A stretch of 64,000 bases of DNA. It comes from Emiliania huxleyi CCMP1516 (taxonomy: Eukaryota). Position 1 is the stretch's first letter; each line of letters starts with the position of its first letter. The stretch is taken from assembly GCF_000372725.1 (NCBI RefSeq), contig NW_005201287.1:589081-653080 (forward strand). The letters are read 5' to 3'. Both the position numbers and the translations under genes were made by a program. Shown piece after piece: positions 55,583 to 64,000 of this stretch. The notes under the pieces were generated by a model that was given only the letters and a program-made list of their open reading frames with translations, was not told the DNA's origin and searched no databases.

Positions 55583-56132
55583 TGAGAACACTTGTGGGGT
55601 GAGGGTGGGAAGCGCGGTAGGGGGAAACGAAGCGGGACCGTGACCTCGGCCCCTGAGCCCTGATGTCGTGGTGTCGAGGTCCAGTGTCGAGTCTGGAGGC
55701 TCGCGGGGGCCAAAGGGTTACCCATCCTCTGGGCCCCTTTTTGACGGTGGGGTGTTAAACCCGGGGGGGGACCGGGGACCCCCCCAACCCCCCCCCCCCC
55801 GGTTACCCCCCCCCCCCCCCCCGCGACGAGACCGTGTTGGATTCGTACATGCTACAATGAAGATACACTGCTATCAACCGTATAGTGGACCCCCCGACCA
55901 CCGCGCACACACAGCCGCAACGTACACGATCCGCCCTTCCGCCGCGCCGCCGGTCATCTGACATCTCTACTCTTCTCTCCGGCGCTCTCCGCGCTCGGCT
56001 AGTACCGTTCAAGTTGGGCTTGAAGGGCGGGCGGCTCTGCCGCCGCCGCCGGCTTCGCGACGGCGTCCGCTTGCGCCACACCGGCCGGTGTCTTCTCCAG
56101 CAACTTTGGCGTGATCCACTTCCCGACGAAGA

Positions 56133-58979
56133 TCACGCAGGCGGGGAAGAGGACGAGGCCAGCCAGCAGACCGAGGAGGACCTACTCTCATCGACAGTAA
56201 GGGGGTTCGTAAGGGTATGCGAGGGTCGGAGCCCGACTTGAATCGAATGGGGCGCGCACCGTCGAGAAGAGCATCTTGAAGAACGTGCGGAAGATTTCGG
56301 AATCCGCACCCGCGAGGGCGACCACGCCAAGGAAGGTGGACCCACCGCCCTTGAGCACCGACCAGCCGATGCCTATAGCGCACAGCGTGGGTGGGTGATT
56401 CGGGTCCTGGAGGGTGCTCCCTTCGCACACGCGTGAGTCGCTCCATGGAGCGCGGCCTTGATGCGCTGCTCCGGCGTCCCCTCCTCGTGCTCAAAGGCGT
56501 GCGCCACGTGCACCACGTAATCGACCGACAGGCCGATGGACATGGCGAGGCAGATGAACGCTACCGCGTCCAGGGGCACCGCCCAGAGGTACATGAGCAG
56601 AAAGATACCGCCGTCGATGCTTGCGATGGCGAGGGCAATGACCGCGACGGAAAGGGGGTGAAGGAAGAAGACGAGGGTGCCAAGCACAGCCGCTGCTGCA
56701 AAGGCGAGGGTCTCGAGGACGAGCCGCACCACGATCTGAGGCGCAGAGGGGGGGCAAGCGGGTTGTCATTTCTCCTCCCTATTCTCTCGACGCCACTGTG
56801 GACCTCACCCGGTCGCGGTCCGAGAAGAGCATAAAGTACGACCATACGACCGCGTCGATGGAGCCGCGGTTGGCGTCTGCAGTCGCCCTGTGCTCGTTCA
56901 TGAGCTCGACGCGGCCCTTGACCTCGTCGGGCACCGCCAGTGTGCACGAGAAGCGCGTCGCGGTAATCGGCGACGCCCCGGCCTCGCCAGCCCAGACCAC
57001 CTCCTTGGAGTACCTCGCGGGGATGATCTCGCGCAAGCACTCCCCTCCCAGCTGGCGATCCACGCACTGTGGGTCCGTCTCCTTGAGGAAGGCGGCCACG
57101 TCGGCAAGGAAGCCGTCCCCGCTCTGGCGGAGCGGCGGGGCGGCGGAGGCCGTCGCCCCTCTGTCGGCGGCAACCGCGCGGTATGCGGCGAGCCAGTTGT
57201 TGGTGCTGTACGGCGCGATGACAAAGTCGTCCGACTCCAGCGCCGCGAGGAGGCTGTCGACCGCTGTCTGCGCGCTGGCGTCCTCCCACTTGACGTCCTG
57301 GAGGACGAGGTAACCGGGCGTGTCGAGGGCGACAAAGTTCTCCTGCGTGTCCGCGGTGTATGCCACGTACGGGCTCCCGTCGGGGAAGTAGGATGCAAGC
57401 TCAGCGCCGAGCGGGATGTTCCCGATCGCAAACCCAAAGCCGAGCGGTATAAGCGAAGTGAAGGCGAGGATCACGACGAGTGCGACCGGCTTCGACGCGA
57501 CGAAGCAATCATACGCCCGCGCCGCCGACGAAACGGCGGCGCGGAGTCCGCTGTGCGCCCGCTTGTCATCCTCCTTGTGGGAAGGAGACGACGGTTCTGC
57601 GTCGCCCGTCTCGCTGTCGCCAGCGCCAAACCCGATGCAGCAGAGGCAGTCAAGGCGCATGGCCCCGCGGCGGCGCTCATCAAAGGTGAGGAGCGCGGTG
57701 AAGAGGGTAGTGGTGAGCAGGAAGAGGGCAAAGAGGGTGAAGCCGGCGGAAAGGCAGAAGTAGGAGACGCCTGGGAAGTCCACCGTGGCCGCGATGAGGA
57801 AAGCGATGAGATTGGTTAGCGAAGTCAGCTGAATGGCTGGCCCCGCGCCGCCGAGCGCCCCGCTGATGCGCTCGACGATGCTCAGGTGCGGCGGCTGCCG
57901 CTGAAGGAAGTCGACGACGACAATGACGTCGTCGACGCCGACGCCGACGATGACAAACACCATGAGCAGCGAGATTTCGGTGAGCGGGACGCCGACGAGC
58001 GAAGAGAAGCCGAGCCCTGCGCCGACGGAGAGGAGGATGACCGCCACCGCGCCCGTTCCCAGCGTCAGGCGCGAGTTGCGCAGCGGCCGGCCGCCGAGGG
58101 CGAGCCACATCAGCACCAGAATCAGGTTGATGGAGACCACCATCCACTTGGTCGACGTCGTGGCATTCGCGGCGATCTCGTCCTGGATGAAGCGTTGCGC
58201 CGTCCCGGTGACGGACAGCCCCTCGCCCAGCGACAGCGAGTCCCGCTCGACATCAGAGGCCTGGCGCACACCAGCGCGAGGAAGGCCGACTCCCACTCGA
58301 GGGTAGCGCTGGCTAGCGCGTCGTTCGACGTCCCCGTCACGAATTCAACGAAGGACGGGCGCCCCTGGCCGCTCGGCTCTCCAAGGTAGCGGAAGCGGAG
58401 GGAGGTGGCTGAGAGCTTGCCGTCGGTGAGGGTCAGCCCGCCGAGGAGGGAGCCGAGCCCGCCCGCGTTCGAGTTGTACTCCGCCAGCAACTTGCTGTCC
58501 AGCTCTTCTTGGCTGAGCGCTTCGACCTCTTCGCGGCCCAGACCGAGACGGTACATGGCCGAGTCGACTGTGCATGCGCCGCCGAGGTATGGGCGAAGGC
58601 ATACATCCTCGAAACGGGTGCCCTTGTAGGTCAGGCCGAGAACCGCTTCGTCAACCTCCAGTGCCTTCAGGATGGCCTGCTTGGTGAGGACGTTCGATCC
58701 GTCGGAGGAGCTCATTTTGTACTCGTTGGTTCGCGGCGACCCGCCAAACATGTCGAGGGTCGCATCAAACAGCTTGAACGCTTCACTCCGACTAAGCGTG
58801 TCGCGGTACTCGAGCCGTGCCTCCCAGGAGCCAAGCAGCATGCACGCTGTGAGGAACAGGGTGACGACGAGAGAAGCCACGAGAGACGCCGCTGGCCGCT
58901 TGGCGACGAGCCGTCCCGCTGCCGAGTGGTAGAACTGGCAGGCCCTGAAGACAGCGGACTGGCAGGCCTCGAGGCCCAT
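56133..58979 (-). CDS. Patched/NPC1-like sterol-sensing-domain (RND) membrane protein with an apparent frameshift near 58268
   Basis: GVGVDDVIV, AGPAIQLTSLTNLIAF, FDERRR, SIGLSVDYVVHVAH, GGSTFLGV, FRTFFKM. Confidence 0.88.
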
Positions 58980-58983
58980 TGAC

Positions 58984-59070
58984 AGACGCACGAGCTGGAC
59001 GCGTCTCGAGTATAGACGCACGAGCTAGGACGCGTCTCGAGTATAGACGCACGAGCTGGACGCGTCTCGA
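58984..59070. repeat. ~30-bp tandem repeat x3 immediately upstream of the Patched-like ATG
   Basis: AGACGCACGAGCT(A)GGACGCGTCTCGAGTAT units. Confidence 0.9.
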
Positions 59071-59402
59071 TGTCGATGCTCTGAACAAGGTCTCCGAGAG
59101 CTTCACCGAGCACACAGGTCGGCGGCGCAACGAGAATATTCATTGGCTCTTCCGAGCGTGCGCCGACCCGCACTTTCTTCTTTTCAGAGTCGACCCTTTT
59201 GGGTGAGAGTGACCACTGGGTTCGGGCTGGACCCGCCAGTTTTCATTTTGTGTGTGTGTGTGTGTGTGTTTAGCGAATGGGGGCTTTCATCACCCGTTGG
59301 AGCTCCCAGGAAGGTAGGTAGACTGGGCTTGTTTCAGTATGTTGGCGCTGCCAACATACTGAACCCGAGAATAGCGCGGCCGGTTTTTTCCTTGGCTCCC
59401 CA

Positions 59403-60146
59403 ATGGCGCGCTCCCCGTCTTGGCTCTTGCTGCTTCCTCTTGTCACCGGCTCACGCCACGCCGAGTCGCCACGAGTTCCCTGCCCCGCTGCAGAGCCGCC
59501 CGAGGTTGCCGACATCACGCCCCTCGAGTTTGACGCGGCTCTCCAGGCGGCGCGTCGGCGGCTTGGAGAGGCGTGCGAGACCGAGGCGGCGCTGGCAGAG
59601 GCGTCGCGAGTGCTCAACGACGAGCCAGGCTTCGAGCCTCTCCCGAGCGCGTGCGGCGAGCCTGCGGGGAGCGCTGTCGCCGTCGGCTGGCTTCCAGAAG
59701 ACGCGGCGCCGCTCCTGCAACACGAAGTGGTGAGGGAGGCGGGCTGGGAGGTGCTGCCGACACAGCGGCTCCTGCGGCCGTCTCCGTCGGCGCCGCTTCC
59801 AGCGTGGGCTTCCGACGTGGCGCGCCGCGTCTGCGCCTCCTGCAACTTGCCGCCGCCCGACTCCTTTGAGGTGCACGCCTGCGAGGCGGGGCAGCAGGCG
59901 GCGGCGCTGCGGCTCGGCGGCACCTCTGAGACGGTGGCGATCCTATCGCTGGGAGAGGTCGCTTCGCTCGTATCGCCGTCGCCGGAGTTTGCGCCCCTCG
60001 CGCTCTCGCACCGCTCCCTGCTGTTGTTGCAGCCCCGCGCCGCCGGCCGGCAGGGTGAGAGGACGGCGGTCGCGCGGCGGCGGCTGCAGGCGTCGGGCAG
60101 GCACCTCGCCATCGTCTTTCGGTTTGGCTCGAAGGAGGCGAGGTGA
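59403..60146 (+). CDS. AlkB-like 2OG-oxygenase-fold protein with signal peptide, metal ligands apparently missing
   Basis: PLPAWA, PDSFEV..EAGQ, VAILSLG, L.HRSLLLL, R..IVFR spacing as in ALKBH6/8; no HxD. Confidence 0.55.
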   Translation: MARSPSWLLLLPLVTGSRHAESPRVPCPAAEPPEVADITPLEFDAALQAARRRLGEACETEAALAEASRVLNDEPGFEPLPSACGEPAGSAVAVGWLPEDAAPLLQHEVVREAGWEVLPTQRLLRPSPSAPLPAWASDVARRVCASCNLPPPDSFEVHACEAGQQAAALRLGGTSETVAILSLGEVASLVSPSPEFAPLALSHRSLLLLQPRAAGRQGERTAVARRRLQASGRHLAIVFRFGSKEAR

Positions 60147-60719
60147 AGGGGAAGGAGGAGAGCGGGACGGGGGGGCAGGAGAAGAGCAGCGATGGGCATC
60201 GAAGAGACAGCACAGCGATCACACGCGTGTGTTCCAGCTTCCACTGTGTGTGTGTGTGCTGTGCGCATGTTTTTGCGACTTGTGAGTGACGAGCTATCAG
60301 CATTTACGTACGAGCTGTTCAAAATAAGGACACTCGAATTGCCGCGCGGAACAGTATTGTACACGTTCACATCCTCTCGCAGCTCTCACTGCCTCTCGCC
60401 CAATACGTAGCCATCTGCATCTCTCTCGCTCTCGCGGCGTCTCCGACACGCCGCGCGTGGGGCGTGGGCCGTCTCTCTCGCTGGCTGCCGCGGTACTGGG
60501 GATGACGACAACCCTTCATGCCACGCCCAATGATGCACATGGAGCCATTGGGAGCCCGCTCTGCACGCGGGCTCCGTGAATGGTGTCTCCGCTGGAGGCA
60601 AGCAGCGCGTACTCTGCGCACCGGAACCGGCACGGTGGGGCCTATAAACTCTCTGCGCGGCCGGCGGGGCAATCCACCGAGGTGGCCGTTCGCCCGAAGC
60701 TGGCTCCTACTGGACGCGC

Positions 60720-63288
60720 TCATGGCTCGACGAGGCTCACGCGCTGCTCGGCGAGGCTCACACGCCGCCCGCTCGTCGCAGAGGCGCGCGAGGCGCGGCC
60801 GATGGAGGCGATGGACGCTCGGAGGTCTTGGATGCGGGGGGTCGCGTTTCCGTCGGCGTTTCCGTCGGCCTTGAACCCCTCGGGCCGCTCCTCGACGGTG
60901 CCCTGCGCAAAGGCGAGCTCCGGCGGAGGAGGCTCCGCGCCGTACCAAAAGTGCGTCCTCAGCCAGCGGGTCACGCCGGACGAGCCGCCCATCAGGGCAA
61001 AGGCCCAGCAGAGCAGGACGAGGAAGACGAGGCCCACGATGAGGAGGATGATCCACAGCGGGAACTCATCCTCGTCTCCGGCCTCCTGCCCGAGGATGCT
61101 GTCCCCGACAAAGTCACCGCCACCACGGTCCGCCGCGAGGGTGCAGTTACACGTCTCGCAGCAGACAAAGTCGGCGTACTCGCAGAACGCGGCGCAATTG
61201 TCGGTGCTCTTGATGTAGCTGCAGGTCACCGGCGGCCCGGGCGGCAAGGGGGGGACCGCAGGCTGGCCGGGCAGCTGGACGTTTTGCAGCTGTTTCGCAA
61301 TCTTCCCGAGCAGAAACTCGTTGTCGCCGAGGCAGCCGCCAGGCAGCGCGGGCGGCGAGGGCGGAGCATCGTTGCAGCCGCACGAGGCACAGCAGAGGCC
61401 CTTTGGGCACGCGAACAAACTGCACTGCTCATCCGCGAACGGGAGCGTCGCGCAGTCCAGCCCGTTGATGTCCTCGCTCAAGTCGAGCCCGGGCAGCGGC
61501 GGCACCATCCCGCGAAGCTCGGCGCGGAGCGCCTCGTCGTCGTCCTCGCAGGGGGCGCTGGGTGGGCTCAGCGCGGCCACCGTGCCCGGGGGCCACGACG
61601 GCGACGGAGGGAGGGCGGGCGGCGCCGGCGGAGGGCCGGGCTGCAGCCAGGGAAGCTCGCACGAGCACGTCTTGCAGCAGGCCTGATGGGCGGGCGGGGC
61701 GGGGGGTTGGTGGTGTGTGTGCGACTAGGCGGGCGCGACGGCCGAGGAGGGGCACGAGGCGGGGCCGTCGGGCGAGGCGCACCGTCGGGAAGAGCCTGCA
61801 GATGGTCCCGCAAACTCCTTCGCCCGCGACCGCCCCGCAGTCCTCGAGGCCGGCGGCGGCGCCGTACTCGGCGAGCAGCTCGGGGTGGTCCACGCAGGTC
61901 GCCGCGGGAGGAGGGAAGGGGGGCCTCGGCGGCAGGCGCGGGGAGGCGCGCAGGTCGTCGCAGCAGTCGCAGGTCGCGGGGCACGCCTCGACCGCCTCGG
62001 CGCAGATCTTCGGGCACAGGCTGAAGGTCTTTGCGAAGCCGCAGCTCACCTCGTCGGTGCCGAGCAGCCGCTTGAGGATCTCCTCCTGGTCGACGCACTC
62101 GAGCGGCGCGGGAGGGGGAGCCGGCGGGGCCGGCGGCGCTGGAGGCGCTGGAGGAGGCCGCGGCGCATCGTCCGGGGCCGCGGGCGGCGGCGGAGGTGGC
62201 AGCGGCGAGGTGGGCGGCGGGGGCGGCAGCGGCGGAGAGGCGAGCGAGGGGCATAGGCAGGCGTTGCAGCACATCTCGGGCACAAAGTCGCAGACGAGGC
62301 CGCAGACGTCGATCTCGAGGGTGACTCCGCTGGCCAGCTCCAGGTCGCTGCACTCGATGTCGTCCGTCCCAAGCAGCTCCTGCAGCTGCCGGTCCTCGGC
62401 CGGGCCCGGCTGACCGGAGGAGCAGTAGAAGCCGGGGGGCGGCGGCGGCGGCCGCGGCAAGGAGAGGTCGCAGCCGCAGGTGCTGCAGCACACGTCGGGC
62501 CGTTTGTCGCACGCCGCCGGGCAGAGCTCAAAGGTGGTCGAGGGGAAGACAGCCTCGAACGGCGATTGGAAGTAGAGGGACTTGACGTCGGCGCACGTCT
62601 TGCTCGCGTCGCCGAGCACCTCGCCCACGTAGTCGTCGTCGTCGACGCACGGGGGGGCGGGCGGCGAGGGTAAAGAGGGCGGAGCGGGCGGCGGACTCGG
62701 CTCCGATGGCGGCGAGGGCGGCAGTGGCGGCGGCGACGGAGGCGACGACGCCCCGCAGCAGTAGTCATGGCAGGCCGAGCCGTCGTCGGTTGCGTACCAC
62801 CCAAAGTTGCCGCCGTTGGGTGCGCCGGGGCACGCCCACCAGTCGGTCCACCCGCACCAGCATTCGTACGGTGGTGCCGGCGGCGGCGGCGGAGGCGGAG
62901 GCGGCGATGGTGGAGGCGCCGGCATCGTCGAGCAGCAGTACTCGAAGCACTTTGTGCCGTCGTCGTCCGCCCACGGCTTGAGCCAGCTCGACCCTGGGCT
63001 GTCCCAGCCGGGGCACGCGTGCTCCGCGGTCCAATCGCAGCTGCACTGGTACGGGAGCCAAGGCGGGAAGGGAGGCCTCGACGGTGCCGGCGGCGGCGGT
63101 GGGCTGGGAGACGGCGTGAGGCAGCAGTACGTGTAGCACTGGGAGCCGTCGTCCCACGCATATCGGCCCGACGTGCCCGGCATGTCGGCAGACGGGCAGG
63201 CGTAGGTTGCGGTCCAGCCGCAGTTGCATGCGTAACCAGCAGGGAGCGCCGCGGCAGCGGCGAGGATCGGAAGGGCCATACAGACCAA
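60720..63288 (-). CDS. Type-I membrane surface protein with two kinds of Cys-rich repeats and Pro-rich linkers (intron ~61683-61781)
   Basis: Signal peptide; 3x CxCxWT..ACP...DDG..C..YCC; about 6x C.D...C...C...CC.(T)C.C; TM WIILLIVGLVFLVLLCWAFAL. Confidence 0.8.
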
Positions 63289-63658
63289 GCAAGGTGTGCC
63301 GCGGCCGGCGACTAAGGAAATTCCAGCCAGCTGAAGGGAGGGCCCGAAGGCGCGTTTTCTTTTTATGGCGAAGCATCGGCGCGACTTCGCCTAGGAATTC
63401 GCCGCGAGCTGCGAAAAAAAAGCCCTCCGACCCCCACCGCCCCCACCCACACCCCACCTCACACCCACCCACCACCAATGTCAATGGCGGGCCGTCAGCA
63501 GGGTCGCAACAGACAATCCGGACGCCCAACCCGCCTCGCGAGAATGGACCGACCTTCTCAGCGGGCCAGGGCGGGATTTTGATTCTTTTCGCAATGTGAG
63601 AGAGGCTGTCGCAAGAATTCTTTTCGCAATCGGCTGTGGCCAAGGGAGCAGCGGTCCA

Positions 63659-64000
63659 ATGGCCGCCTCATCCAAAGACGGCGCTGTGGTCGTAAAGATC
63701 CCGACCGTCCCACGTCCACGCGCAGAGTACATCGCAGCCGAAAAGCGGCGCAGCGAGCAGAGCAGGGCAAAGTCCGCCTCGCAAGCGAGCGGTGGGAGCT
63801 CGAGCGCTGCTGCGCCGCCCTCGCGCTTCTTCTGCGAGTGGGCCTTCATCTGCTGGGCCCTGCCGCTGAGCGCGCTGGGCGGCTTCGTCCTCTACCTCGT
63901 CGCCATACCGCTGCTGGCGGCGGCCGGCCTCTTCGCGTTGCCCGCTCTCTGCTTTGCGTACCTGTACATCTCCCACTTCATGCCGCTGCACGACTGGGCC
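63659..64000 (+). CDS. 5' part of a membrane protein running off the window end
   Basis: Open frame MAASSKDG...WAFICWALPLSALGGFVLYLVAIPLLAAAGLFALPALCFAYLYISHF with two hydrophobic segments. Confidence 0.55.
   Translation, partial: MAASSKDGAVVVKIPTVPRPRAEYIAAEKRRSEQSRAKSASQASGGSSSAAAPPSRFFCEWAFICWALPLSALGGFVLYLVAIPLLAAAGLFALPALCFAYLYISHFMPLHDWA

Noticed and set aside
1525..60146. Three 2OG-oxygenase-fold genes as a functional cluster
   Set aside because: Different subfamilies, widely separated, and the superfamily is abundant in algae

Overview
GC-rich eukaryotic nuclear DNA with three N-gaps. Short introns with mostly GC donors, many filled with 10-11-bp tandem repeats, point to a haptophyte such as Emiliania/Gephyrocapsa huxleyi; this is an inference. 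About 25 protein-coding loci or remnants are readable. They include an EGLN-like and a JmjC oxygenase, a CIA30-domain protein, an EamA transporter, UNC-50 (5' part duplicated around gaps), an F-box/kelch pseudogene, a bestrophin/VCCN-like channel, PPT1, HYOU1/GRP170, DRC10, a Patched/NPC1-like protein, a truncated TTC12-like remnant and several secreted Cys-rich proteins. Three architectures stand out: (1) an intronless ~1,480-aa TRP channel with an N-terminal NUDT9-like domain (degenerate Nudix box), an unidentified domain and ankyrin repeats; (2) head-to-head with it, an RluA-type pseudouridine synthase fused in frame to a phytochelatin-synthase-like domain; (3) a secreted heme peroxidase carrying a cupredoxin-like domain, three Cys-rich repeats and an RRL-preceded Gly/Lys/Asp insert. 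Several introns contain diverged copies of adjacent exon ends, suggesting intron birth by tandem duplication, and several unannotated repeat/TE families are present. All family calls come from motif recognition by eye. Exon boundaries are manual and novelty has not been checked against any database.
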